DNA of 64,000 nucleotides, from the NCBI GenBank assembly GCA_951406725.2, contig OX597816.1, forward strand, positions 94,860,001 to 94,924,000, read 5' to 3'. The notes beneath the pieces were generated by a model. That model was not told where the DNA came from, searched no databases, and was given only the letters and a program-made list of their open reading frames with translations. Positions 1 through 12,899 of this stretch are shown here, piece by piece. Source of the DNA: Octopus vulgaris (Eukaryota). The position numbers and the translations under genes were made by a program. Position 1 is the stretch's first letter. Every line of letters starts with the position of its first letter.

Positions 1-873
1 ATATTGAAAAACGTCAGGCACCTAGAAACATTAATGAACAGTAGAAATTTAATTTTCAGAGATAATATATATAATTTACAACAAACTATGCTATTTTATT
101 GCTTGATCTACATGCACTGTATGTACATACAGATACACACTGGATAAATGGTGGTGGCTCTAACATATGTTTGCATTTCTGCCACTTATCACACAACTTT
201 CTTGATCACATTTTTCAAAGATACTGTTTGACAGTCCTCATGTCAGTATTTCAAATAATTTAGATTGAGTCATTGAGTTTTAAGACAACAGATATTGTTT
301 CTATAATGTGGTTATGTAATACTTGAACAAAATCATTGAATTCTTGAATAAGGAAAAATTATCTATAAAATATTGGCATAATTCAAGCCAATAGTTTCAC
401 TTCGATTTTTGTGCACACAAATTGATACTTTGAAGCTATGGAAAATTAGATATGCAAACTAGCTATAAAGAAAAAACTTTAATTTATAAATTAGTTATAT
501 AAAAATTTGGACTATAAGACAAAATTCCACATTTTTGTTTTGTTACAGTATTTCTGTGAAGCTTGTTAGTTATCAAAACAAATTAAACCCTCTCGCATTT
601 AAACCAGTCATACCTGGTCCAAATATTCAATCTAATTTATGTTCAAACCTGTCAGATCTGGCCTCTCACACCTACCCTACAACATCATTCAAAAAATAAG
701 CTATTACATCATCAAAATCTATGAGCTATGAGATAATGTATGATTAATCCAAAACAATGTAAATAAATAAGAATTATATTTGACAGAGAAATCATCTGCT
801 ATAAAAAGGAATAACTTTTTCCATATAATTTATCATAATTTCTTGAATTAAATGCTAACAATTTTATACTTAC

Positions 874-1079
874 AACTTCTTTTTGATCTTCAGCAAACGA
901 AGGATGATTATCTTGACTGTAAGTTGGACTAGAGGATGCTGAAGAATCCCCATCACTTTCATGCGTTGTAAGGCTTGATTCATTTGTGCTGATATTTGTT
1001 TCAGGAACAAGTAATTTGCTGGGAGGGGAGAATATTTTTGAGTGGTCAACTGCCAGGATTTGGTTTTCAGGCACAAAAA
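874..1079 (-). CDS. MADD: MADD coding exon 11: (I)FVPENQILAVDHSKIFSPP...SSSSPTYSQ...EDQKEV
   Basis: ttttctag| acceptor in the correct phase and GTT|GTAAGT donor; 206 nt; Ser-rich linker. Confidence 0.85.
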
Positions 1080-1152
1080 CTAGAAAATTAAGAGAAAAAA
1101 AAAGCAGCGTTTATTTTTGTCAAATGACTTTTATTGGTATTTATTCAAGAAA

Positions 1153-1391
1153 AGTATTATCTACATGTAGAGTAGAAGTGTTAGTTTCTATGTATAAATT
1201 TTTCAGCAAGCACAGACTGACAGAGTGTATTAGTCATCAGACTATGATATATATATATATCATATATATATATCATATATATATATATCATATATATCAT
1301 AGTTTGATGACTAATACACTCTGTCAGTCTGTGCTAGCTGAAAAATTTATACATAGAAACTAACACTTCTAATCTACATATAGATAATACT
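1153..1391. repeat. Inverted repeat with ~100-bp arms and a TA-rich centre
   Basis: agtattatctacatgtag...gtcatcagactatgatata pairs with tatatcatagtttgatgac...ctacatatagataatact; about 4 mismatches. Confidence 0.95.
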
Positions 1392-1557
1392 AAACAAAAA
1401 GCAAGCTTAAAAACTTGCTATTTGTGAAGAAAAATGAATTAGTCAAATCTGAACATTTTCTAAAGAATTAAAAGTTAACAAAACTTTATACTATTAGGGA
1501 CCAAATTTACAGATAGAACTTTAAAAAATTAAATCTATGCTGTAACATAATACTCAC

Positions 1558-1668
1558 TTGGTGTATCTCCATCAATTTCACTGTTGACCATGTCAGTAAC
1601 AAAATCACTTAGTGATGAGTATGATGAACTAGTACTGTCTGCTCCATCACTGTCACTACCACTCTCGT
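1558..1668 (-). CDS. MADD: MADD coding exon 10: DESGSDSDGADSTSSSYSSLSDFVTDMVNSEIDGDTP
   Basis: tttcag| acceptor and A|GTGAGT donor; 111 nt; conserved SSSYSSL.DFV motif. Confidence 0.94.
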
Positions 1669-1739
1669 CTGAAAGAAATATATATATAATGATTACTAAA
1701 GTTGTTGTTAGAGAATGCATTGGTTTGGACATGTGATGT

Positions 1740-2757
1740 GTATGAGTAAAGACAGCTGTTTACAGAAGTGCCCGTCACTGAAAGTGGATGGTACCTGTGG
1801 AGACCCAGGAAGACATGGGATGAAGTGGTGAGGACCAGTCTCAAGATGTTAGTACTCACAGAGGAAATGGCAATGGACCGAGATGTTTGGTGATATGAGG
1901 TTCTAGAAGAGTTGCCATGTCAAAGAAACAGTGTTAAAAGAGTTGGATCTCACCCACATGTAACAATAAACTTTTTACACACCCTATTTCAAGTAACCAA
2001 ACTACCTTTCCTCTTCTAAACTACATCTTTCTCTTCCTCACATTTCCTCTTCATACACTATGATTGTCTTCCACTCACTTTCCCTGCCCTTACTGCATTA
2101 CTGCCTTCCTCCACCCCCTCTTTATACCCACCTTTTCATTGGTCACTGCAATCCCCCACTCCCTACTTGCACCTTCTTGGTAATACCTGACCATGTATAT
2201 TATGACCTACACACTTTGAAGGCCTGCAATTGCCACCATTTATCTCTGTCTTCCTTACTCTTCCATCACATCTATTCTCTGATCTTTGTTACTTGTGAAT
2301 ATACCCTGGCACTTCACCACCACCTCTCTCCTCTCTCTTGCACTGTTGTTGTTTCTCACTCTCTCTCTTTCCCTTGTTCTTCCCTTAGGCTGGGTAGCCA
2401 TGTTTCTCCTCTACAGCAGCACAACTGTTTCTGTCCTCATTCTTGATCACTCTCTCTCTCCTCCTCTTGCTTTACCCTCTAGCTAGATAACCAAGTATCT
2501 CCTTTACATCAGCACACCTCGTCTTCTTTTTTGTACTTCTCTCTTTCTCTCTTCTTCACCAGGCAACCATGTACCACTTCTATAGAAAGACACCTGTTTC
2601 TCCCCCCCCCTCTCTGTCACATTCTAACCTTTCATCATCTGACACAAGATCCCCTCCTCTAATGCCCATGCCCCTCTCAAAATTCTTTGTCTTGCAAGTT
2701 ACATGGAAACCCTGCTAGTGCCAGTGCCATGTAAAAAGCATACAGTCCACACTGCAG
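1740..2757 (+). mobile_element. Old RTE 3' fragment with pyrimidine-rich 3'UTR
   Basis: [17 protein letters not shown]...MAMDRDVW; C/T-rich block; ttgtcttgcaagtta...gtgccatgtaaaaagca. Confidence 0.8.
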
Positions 2758-3529
2758 AGACTTACTTTTGCCACATTTGAAGTGGGTACAAAGATAAATG
2801 ACACCATTTCTATAAGATTTAAATGGACTATTAAAAATGACTATAAATGGCAGAGTTTCGAATCAAGGCACCCACAAAAGTCAAATTTCCTCCATTTTGT
2901 TGGGAAGCTTTCTATTTTTTTTAAAGTCAATTTTGAAAATGATGGGGATAAACTTTTTATTTAAAAAATGTTTTGGAAACTTATGACTTGAAAAAGGCCA
3001 ATGTCTCCATGAACACTCAAATATACAAGTTGATAACATCATACAAAGTACTTAAGGATGGTTAACTTCCAGGAAGAAAATGTAATTTACCAATAGTGGA
3101 ATATCTAATTCAGTTCTTGATTATCTGTGATATTCTCACTGGCACTTTCATGACTTGGTCCATCATATATGTACAGAGTTGGAAAGCCAAATTGAGATAG
3201 TTTTTAAAATGTATTTAAAATATCATGAATTAAGAGCTAATACTTTGTATACAATAATCTAAAATATTAAATATCTTTTTTGTTATTGATTGATACACTG
3301 TAACAGAGTTAGGGAATCAAAATCACAAAATGTTATTACTGAAATGAACCACACGTAGCTGATACAAAATACACCAAACTTAGTCAAGGCAGAGTCCACA
3401 ATACCATGGTTAATTTTAAGGCTCCAGATATCATCTGTGTAAGGCTACAGATATCATCCACTCATCTCACAGTATCCACAGTGATTACAAATGTTTGCTT
3501 CTTTCTGGCTGGTTTGAAATGATCTACCC

Positions 3530-4065
3530 ATCAGCATGACCAAAATTGCAAAGTGCTATCAAATGTATCACCCCCAGTACTTATTTTTTTAAAAGCCTGA
3601 TACTTGTTTCTTTATTGCCCACAAGAGGCTGAATATAGAGGGGACAAACAAGGACAGAAAAAGGATTAAGTCGATTACATCGACCCCAGTGCGTAACTTG
3701 TACTTAATTTATTGACCCCGAAAGGATGAAAGGCAAAGTCGACCTCGGCGGAATTTGAACTCAGAACGTAACGGCAGACGAAATACCGCTAAGCATTTCG
3801 CCTGGCGTGCTAATATTTCTGCTAGCTCGCCACCTTTCAAAAGCCTGATACTTATTCCATCAATCTATTTTGCCAAACCACAAAGTTATGGGGGACGTAA
3901 ACACACCAACATCAGTTGCCAAGTAGTGGTGGTGGATAAGCATGCACATGCAAAGTTTCTTTCAGTTTCTATCTACCAAATCTACTCACAAGGCTTTGGT
4001 CAGTCCAAAGTGTCACACAGTGAGACTGAACCCAGAACCATGTTGTTGGGAAGCAAACTTACCAC
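3530..4065 (-). mobile_element. Older tRNA-derived (CORE-like) SINE hosting the Meta-like SINE
   Basis: Matches the reverse complement of 59913-60260 (gcttcccaacaacatggttctgggttcagtc; accaaagccttgtgagtagatttgg). Confidence 0.75.
3606..3838 (-). mobile_element. tRNA-derived SINE with Meta-like core and 15-bp TSD
   Basis: Minus strand: ggtggcgagctagcagaa..gagttcaaattcc (B box)..gcctttcatcctttcggggtcaataaattaagtac. TSD aaaagcctgatactt at 3591-3605 and 3839-3853. Confidence 0.88.
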
Positions 4066-4224
4066 ACAACAATTTAAAAAAGAAAAAAAGAATATAATCA
4101 GAAGTATTTTCTACTTGAAATTAATTTTAACAGGAAGAAAAAAATCATCTTAAAACTTAACATATTCCCTAGACAAAATTGAACAAAATAAGTTTGTATG
4201 GTGTCAAAGAATATAATTACTAAC

Positions 4225-4441
4225 CAGTTGGATTATCATCACTGTGAATTTCTGATGCAGATGTTAAAGCTGCTCCGAGAGAAGAATTACTGTCATAAAC
4301 TTTAAATTCCACCGGTTGAAGTTGATGTGAATACCATTTTGGTTTATCTCCAATTAAAGATGGATCATAGACAGCAGTTTGAACACGCAGGAACACCACA
4401 TTAGATGGACACAAAGACCATTCGGCATAAAATTCAACTGC
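4225..4441 (-). CDS. MADD: MADD coding exon 9: AVEFYAEWSLCPSN...DPSLIGDKPKWYSHQL...DDNPT
   Basis: taacag| acceptor and G|GTTAGT donor; 217 nt, phase 1. Confidence 0.95.
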
Positions 4442-4939
4442 CTGTTATAAAAATAACCATTTAATACTTACTAAATGAATATATAAATGAACAACCATTT
4501 TAGTAGCATATACAGAACATTAATATTAAAAAACAGAGTCTAAAAATGAGTAAGATCATTTTAATTTTGCTTTTGATTGTTCCAGGCTTCCAAAACCACA
4601 TATTAATGTGCACAAGTTATAGCTACATACTCAATAATTCAAAGGAGGTTGAAATCATGTGTCATCATTCATTATTATTATTACCATCATGATCTTAATG
4701 TCCATTTTTCCATGCATGCTTGGATCAGATGACTGGATGCCCTTTGATTTGCCAACACTCACCTCTTTCTAAGCAAGGAAATAGTTTTCCATGGTTAGAC
4801 ATGTTTTCACAGAAGACTGTAACCAAACATCACCACTTGCTTGGTGGTGATGCTTGCTTACAAATATTGCAGTGAGTCAAGAAAAGAGGGCATACACATG
4901 TGCGTGCATGCACATATGCATACACACTCTCAATCTAAT

Positions 4940-5392
4940 GCAAGCCTGATTCATGATTGGGCTTTGAATGCAGAGGATTTGTGACTAGAAAGTGAAGCAA
5001 GCAGACTTTGCTGGATGTATAACATTAGTGTGCATCAATGAAAATATATTAATGAGCTGAAGAGAAAAACCTGGATATATGAAGAATCAGTTGTAGTGTG
5101 CAAGAAAGAAGCTTGTGCTGGTATGGGCATATGGAGGACAAGAGCTCTAAAAAGAAGTGTTATATGCTCAAAGTCAATGGAGCATGTGAAAGAGTGATGC
5201 TAAGAAAGACTTGGGATTAAGTGGTGAAGATTTCTCAAAATGTTATATTCCAAAAGAAAGATAACAAAAGATTGATAGGCAATATGTACTGGAGAAAACA
5301 CAACTATAGAGATGATTTGACTACCTGCACAAGTATGGTGAATCAAATGTTACAGAAAATGGTGGTAGTGACGAAGACTAAATTTTACAGAC

Positions 5393-5459
<67 letters not shown>

Positions 5460-6700
5460 ATGTATAAAGAACCAGGATGACTAAAGTTATGTGGTGTTTG
5501 CAAAGACTTGTTCTGCTTGTCAAAACTGAGATACTGGAAGCACAATATGTATACATACACACACACAATTGAACCCTTTCCCAATTTCCTTCTCAAGCCT
5601 TCCCTACTGCCAACCATCTCTATCAATGCTCTCTTCCAAATGCAGTATTCAGATGATGTAATTTAATGAAAACAGAGTTGAATATTACATCAACTTTTTC
5701 TGTGATACCAGATCTCTTTTTCACTTCCAGAAATCTCTGCACTTGTTATCCATCCTTCACTCTTAATATTGCCCCTCTACACTCACATTTTACATTGCTC
5801 ACCCTTCACCAGATTATCTCTCACTCTCACTTTGCACATCTACTCTTTCATACTTCCTTCTGTCTACTACATTATTATTATTATTATTATTATTCTGCTC
5901 TTTACTCCCTTTGTAGTGTCAATCATTATCTACACTTGTTGCCTTCTTCCACTCATATGTGTCATCAATCACTCCCATACCCCTGTCTGCCATACATTAC
6001 AGCCACTCCGCAACTCTATCTGATCTTCAGTGACATCACTTACTCTTTCCTACCTATCCTCCAATTTAAATTTATCAACTACACTTCAAAGCTTGTTCTT
6101 CATTTATTATATTCACCTCCTCACCCATTCCTCATCTATAATCATCCTTCATTCTCCTCAAACAGGTTAGCAACCAGTACCTAACTATATGCCCAGTTCT
6201 TCTGCTTCTACTCCTATTTACCTTCTTGTATCCTTAAGGTCTACTCTGACATGTCACCACATCATTATTCCCACCATCTTTTTTGTAGAGTAGTCATGTA
6301 GCTCTATTACAACAAAAAAACCTGTTCTCTTCTAGCTCCTTCTTTCATACTTTAACCTTTTATCTCCTAGCATAAAGCCACATTCATCTCTATGTAGCTT
6401 CATTCAGTTTAAGGGAATTTTAGACTTGCAAGTTATTTAGTGAACTCACTAGTGCTGATGCCACGAAACAAAATAAAAAAAAGCAATCAGTACACTCTGT
6501 TAAGTGTATGGCATTAGTAAGGGCTTCCAGCAATAGAAAGTAATTCAATAGAAAGCAATTCAAAGTAAACAGTGAAGCATGATGAAGTCCTTAGCAGAAA
6601 AGTAGATAATGATTGGCAGCAGGAGGAGCATCTAACTGTACAATCTCGCCTCAGATAGATCCTTGACCAGCCCATGCTAGCATGGAAACATAGACCTTAT
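4940..6700 (+). mobile_element. Old RTE 3' fragment with pyrimidine-rich 3'UTR and tail
   Basis: Degenerate WMYN / VQERSLCWYGH / RKTWD*VV; C/T-rich block; cttgcaagttatttagtga; cccatgctagcatggaaa. Contains (TA)n(GA)n at 5395-5458. Confidence 0.7.
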
Positions 6701-6886
6701 ATGAACATATCAGTATACATACAAACACTCATATATGTGTGTGTGTGCATGCATTCATGGGCTCATGTTTGTGTCTCCTAGCAATAAGATAAGTGTCTGG
6801 CCTTAGAAAATCAGGATCAACAAATTCCACCTGACCTATGCCAGCATGGAAAAGTAGACATGAAAATGATGATCAAAATAACTTAC

Positions 6887-7045
6887 TTGAGTACGAGCAA
6901 GCTTTGCTGTAAAGTGAGTTTTCACTGGACGCGATTTCAGGAAGCTGTAAAGCTGAAATGCAACCACAGGACGCGGATACAAGCGAAGTGTTCGAGTGTG
7001 TTCACTGAAGTTTCCAAGAATATTTGGAGAATTGAAGAACCGGAC
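6887..7045 (-). CDS. MADD: MADD coding exon 8 (dDENN): [31 protein letters not shown]...KLARTQ
   Basis: cttag| acceptor and CAA|GTAAGT donor; 159 nt. Confidence 0.96.
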
Positions 7046-9347
7046 CTAAGATAAACAAAATCAACATTTTTGGTTAATAAAAAAAGTATTAAAAATACAC
7101 AAAAGAAAGAACTTGAAATACAATGAAATGCTTAACAATAGCTGATAAATTTACATAGTCCTTTTCTTAAAAGCACAGGTAAGCCAATGAAACTGTTTCT
7201 TGTAAATTTAAACTGAATTATATTGAAAACTACTTCTTTATGGAAGAATCATAATAGTCATTTAAAAGATACATATAACATTATCTTCACTTTTGTTACA
7301 TTTTGTACCAGTATTATATATTATACACTCTATGGAAAAAAATCATTGAACAGCTATATCCTTGTCATGGATTGCATTTTAACATAGAAAATTTAGTTAC
7401 AGGATATTCTGTGAATGAAGGGACAACTATATGTTTCTGTGTAGGGTGATATTTCATGTTTCACATTTTAGAAAACTTGGGTTAATTTTAGCAATTTTAA
7501 AAACTAAACTCAATACATATATATAAATTTTTTTTAGAACTAATATCTGGTGTAGCACTAATATACACTTGATTACTCCTTGTCATATTTCTGTACATAT
7601 TTATTGTTTGCAGTATATTAATTCAATTTTCTAAATTGATTTTTTCTCCTGTAAACTTTGTTTTTTCATGGCTTGTCAAGAGTAATTTGCTCCCTCCTTT
7701 GCATCTTTCTTGCTTGCAGGTATATCAATCTAACTACCTGTGTTTTACTATTAATTTTAAACACACAATACTCCCACCCACATTGTACACTTTTTACTAC
7801 TCAATATCACAACTCCACTATGTTCATTTTTAACAATTTTCATTCATATGTCAGAAAGATATACTCTCATCATAAAAGATGTTGATACAAAGTCGACTGC
7901 TTTTGCAGTGTGTACGTAACTCGATATTACTGTATCATTATTTACTTTTTTTTTTTTCAAAATATTATATATACAGACCGTAGTCTCTGTGTTTAAAAAG
8001 TGTTATTTCTGTGTAATTGAGGTTGTTTTACTTGACTTTTTTTCCAGAAGTATTCAACTGATACACACCTCAATCATTTCAATTTATAACATGCACAGCA
8101 CCAGGAAAATTGGTTTTGCATTATAAAATTCCATGGCAATATTTTCAAGAATGTAATGCTTTTAAATTGTGGATGATACCAATAATGCTATTACAGTATA
8201 AAGCAGATATAAGAGTCTATGTGTATTTAAGATATCAAGCATGACTCTCCCATAATAAAATTGGTTCAATTTTAATTTGTTAGTTTTTATGCGACTTAGG
8301 AAAGGAAATACAGAGTGTATAACTCTTTCCATGGCCTCTGAAACTGATACAAAGGAGAGAAGTTATTCTCAGATTGGAGATCTGATCCAAATGCTTGTAA
8401 TATCGAAAGCATCCAAGAATCGGGTAGTGATGTTAAACAGGTAATAAATAACATAGATTTTATCCACATATAACTTAGACATAACATGTTACACTTGCAT
8501 TGGCTTTATGGATAGAGTTCTCAATAACATTCAACAAGAGAAACATGAAAAGCTTGTGTTTGTCTCTCTCTCTCTCGAGTACAAAGACACAATCATTACT
8601 TACATTAAGGAAATAATGTTGTACCTCCTTCTCTCTAGTCTCAGACATTTCAATTAAAATTCTCAAAATCACTACAAATACTAGACTTCATGAACTCTGA
8701 TGTTCTTTCTGGGTGGCCTCCACATACATTACATTCCAAATCATACTTTAGCTTTGGCACACAAATATCCTAAATTGCTTATAAAAGAAGGCCATCCAAC
8801 CAATTGGCTAAGATCCATTCACCAACACAATATAACCTCTGGACCACTACATGGTGTATCTCCTCCTGCTCTGCCCATTCTATTACTATTATCATTGCCT
8901 CTACTTCTAAGTAGTAGCTTGCTACATACCCTAAGCTCACCCAATTTAGGTATTTCTCCTCTTATGTATGTTATTGCTCATGCCTTGCAATAACCATTTT
9001 TCCAACTCTTCCTCCTCAGAATCTTTGGATTTCCCATTTTCAAATCTATTTTCTGAAGATTCCAACTAATGTATGTTCAAACTGTCATATACGACAATCA
9101 CGAGCTCAGACACTTTTCTCAAAATCATAAAAATGAAATTACTTGCAATATTTTATTTTGTTTGTCTTTATCTAATATAGAGTACTCATACAAAAACCTT
9201 TCAATGTGATCTTTACCTTTTATCACCTCAGAATCAAAACAAATCAGGATCTGTCAAGTACTCTTGTTACTTTAGTTAAATATGTGCAACCCCAATACCT
9301 TCATTTTATATTTAAGTCATATATACTTAAAATAAAATTTAACTTAC

Positions 9348-9518
9348 CATTGCAACACGTGTTGCCACATCCACTGAATCAACATCATTACCGTATATAA
9401 GAGGATTGAAACCTGTGTTTGAGTCAAAGCTCTCTCTTCGTTTTAGTAGCTCAGGACTTTGAGCTAAAGCATCTAAGTTTTTAATAGGCTGAGGAGTCAT
9501 GCTCATACTGGCAAGGGC
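9348..9518 (-). CDS. MADD: MADD coding exon 7: ALASMSM...[21 protein letters not shown]
   Basis: tttcag| acceptor and ATG|GTAAGT donor; 171 nt. Confidence 0.96.
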
Positions 9519-9659
9519 CTGAAACAGAAAATATATTATTCTAGTAATTCAAAAACACTAAATAGGATTAATAAACTTGTTACAAAATTAACAAACTCGC
9601 TTAAGTGCTGCATATCAAATTATAGTAAGGTGAACAAAAGAATAAGAATTACGATCTCT

Positions 9660-10890
9660 GTTGCTGCCGACATAATCATCATTTCATGTCTGTTTTCCAA
9701 GCTGGAATGGGAAGGATGGGTCATCATGGTCTGAGTCTCTTCTTATTCAGAGTTATTGTCTTCCTAAACAGGTTAGATCATGTTTAAGTCGTACATTTTA
9801 AAATTTGGCATTTTTTCTACAACTGGAATCCCTTCATAACAAAACCACATTACAAAGTGTAATGGATTTATTTTATTGTGGCACCAACAGTAGAGAGGCT
9901 GCCATATCCTATGTTATGGGTTAATAGAAAAGATAAAGTGATAGATGATTGTAAAATGGTCATTGGTAAGAATGTAAAGGATTTCAGTAATGGGTATCTT
10001 AAAGGAGAGTAAGTGGAAGCTAGCATTATATAAGGGTAATGTCTGCCACCAAGAAATGGATTAAATGGTAAGTAGTAGAAATGGTGATGGATGGGAGAGG
10101 AAGTGAAGGCTGGTGGAGGTGGTGTATTTGATATAGTGCAATTCCTCATTAACCAGGCATCACGATAGATGTATGGAAGCTGAGGGAGAAGGAGTGTTGG
10201 CTGACAGTACAGGTGTTGGAAAGGGATGTAGTGGATACAAATGGTTATAGTGGTAGGATTAAGCATAAGCAGATCTAGTGTTTCTTTCATTGTACAGGTA
10301 GCAAAGTACAGTGAATAGGGGGGAAGAGTAGAGGGATGAGGTGTCAGATTGGCAAGAAAGGCAGCAGCTGAAGGCTTACTTGTACAAAATGGATCAAAGG
10401 CTAGATGTAGACATATATTTCAACATGTTTTGCTATGCTTATGAGGTGGCCTTCTCCAGAACTGCAGGTCACCTATCATCATGTTTCTTAGTGATCTTCT
10501 TTAGATTCTATTTACTTGGAGCATGTGGCAGTTCCTTATACAGTTGTCATCTTCCATACACATCACATGCCGCTACAGTTTTCTCTTTTGCATACTATAT
10601 CTGATCCTTGTTATTTGCAGCTCGTTCATGCACACTAATGTTACAAATCCAGTGAAGCATACTTGTTTAATTTCTCCCGTTAGTCTTTGCAAAGCCTCTA
10701 CATTCAAGGTTACATCTTGCAACCATGCAGCATCACTCTTTGTACACAAGCATCATACCATCAGATCTTTTTCTTTGTGAGGAAGAAACTCTTAGTTACT
10801 GTATCAGGAACACCTTCACCTCTTTTATAAATTCTGATACAAGAGCTAGCTCATCAGCATAGAAGAATTCCCAAGGATAGACAGTATCAA
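9660..10890 (-). mobile_element. Old RTE 3' fragment
   Basis: PWEFFYADELAL matches [12 protein letters not shown] of the long copy; purine-rich plus-strand block; tail tgtctgttttccaagctgg. Confidence 0.65.
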
Positions 10891-11548
10891 ACTTAAGATA
10901 TGCTCTCAACTCATCAGTGGTTCTTCTCATTGAGATTACTGGTTGAGTATATCTGGAATCATGATAGTGGAAGACTGTGTCTCTATCCATGATATTAGAA
11001 TTATCTATGAAATTTTGTAAGGTATGACTGACAGACTCAAAAGCAAGTCTACGTGGCATTGTGCACTCATTTCATACTTTCAACCTGGCTTGGTTCAGGG
11101 CATCATGATGGTTCTCTTATCAAATCTGATGAAGACCTAGCAGTACTAACACTGTGTCCTCCATTTGCAAGCTCAGATCTGAAGGTTGCTTTGAACACTA
11201 GAGTGAAGCATTCTGACTACATGTACAAACCAACATAGTCGGATTTTCTTTCATGCTTAGAATCTTGTTTAGGTAGAACACTTGGAAACAATTAAGCTTT
11301 TTAGCACACGATTAGTACCATAAGCTAGAATTTTATTGTTTATATCTGGAAAAAGCAAGTAAATATAAACATTTCTTGAATGAAGATAAAATAATCTAAC
11401 AGGACTTTAAAACCAGTGTCTTATTGATAGAGTGGATGTTTATAAAAATAAAGCTAATTTAATTCAAAATTTTCAAACTATATATTGTCATATATATGTT
11501 TCTCCTCCAACAAAGTAAATAAATTCATGAAACTGCATTAATAGCTAC

Positions 11549-11629
11549 CTGTTTGAGATGATTTTTTAATTTGCCTCCTTCGTGATCTGGCAGTAAAGGC
11601 AATTCTTCTGCTCCAGTGGGAGCTTGGAT
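11549..11629 (-). CDS. MADD: MADD coding exon 6: IQAPTGAEELPLLPDHEGGKLKNHLKQ
   Basis: actcag| acceptor and CAG|GTAGCT donor; 81 nt. Confidence 0.92.
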
Positions 11630-12241
11630 CTGAGTATTTATAAAAAAAGTACAGTAGTTACAAACATATATAATTTATAAGAAATTCAAAGTCAATAACA
11701 TTAAAAAACCACTTCAGAGAAATTACTATGACAGAGATAAATTACAACGAACATGAAACTGTTCTCTGTCTTTAAACAGCAGGCAAGCTAGATTGATTTA
11801 CTACTATCAGATTCCACTGGTTTCTAGTTTGGTTTATTCAAATCTGGCATTGTAAAGTTGTAAAGATCATGAGGGGCTGATATGTTACACATAAAATAGG
11901 TCAAGTAACCAATTGTGAAACTCGACTTGAAACATTTGCTAAAGGTTTTCTATTATAAATTAGTGTATGTGCATGTGTGTAAATAGCACAAATATACATA
12001 TGTATGAAATATCAATTAAGACAACATAAATTGGGAATTTATATTCTGTTCATTCATCTAATTGTCAAGTAATTTTCATTGAGTGATAATGAATTATGAA
12101 GTAGCAAGAGTAGAATGTTAAATTCATGATAAAATATGAAAGAGGAAGAAATGTGTGTATGTGTATTAGAAGAGAGAGAGAGAGGCAAGAAACATCTTAA
12201 TCTAATGAAGTTTGCAAACCAAAAACAAAAAAGTTGTATAC

Positions 12242-12355
12242 CTTGTTAGAATCCAAATCTACAAGCCAAACATCATCAGGCATCGTGAAGCCTGCCTTGT
12301 ACAAGAAGAAACTTGATGGTACTCCAATAATATAAGGAGTTGGTACCAACAACAG
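12242..12355 (-). CDS. MADD: MADD coding exon 5: [38 protein letters not shown]
   Basis: ttacag| acceptor and AAG|GTATAC donor; 114 nt. Confidence 0.96.
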
Positions 12356-12899
12356 CTGTAACAGAAAAAAGTTAAGTTTCCAGTAATGTAACAACAAAAA
12401 CCTTTCAGAGTATTATATTCTAAACCAAGTAAATTACAAACTAAAATAAAATAAGAATTAGTCACATCAAGATATATTCCATTACAATGTTTTATTTCTC
12501 CAGTTTCATTTTATTTAGTTAAATTGTAAGGTAAAGCTACATAATACTAATCTTACAATCAAAGAAATATTTAACCTATATTTAATATATATATATAATA
12601 ATAATATTTTTTTTTGTCAACAGAATGAGAAATAATCTGTTTTGACAGAGTACTATATGATTCCTCAAACATTTCATACACTGTCACAGGAATTTTGAGC
12701 CAATTATTTGGCTATATTCATTTATAATTCTGTATTCTGTAATTGTATATTCTGAAGAATATTTAATGATTCTTCAGAATATAGAATCACAATACTTTAA
12801 TTAAGCTGTCAATGAACATTTTAGTTATTGACCTTTTCAATTAGCAGAGAGATCATATTCAAGAACATTTTCTTTTCCTAAGTTAGTCAGTAGAGAGGC

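Noticed and set aside
584-810. Possible TTAA-flanked piggyBac-like MITE (similar hint at 52985-53220)
   Set aside because: The termini are too degenerate to support from this sequence alone.
986-1363. 125-aa plus-strand ORF overlapping MADD exon 11
   Set aside because: It runs through the palindrome and TA tract and shows no protein-like features.
3760-3838. tRNA gene-like A/B boxes (also at 21445, 47400, 58280 and 59925)
   Set aside because: These are SINE heads followed by SINE cores; there is no cloverleaf.
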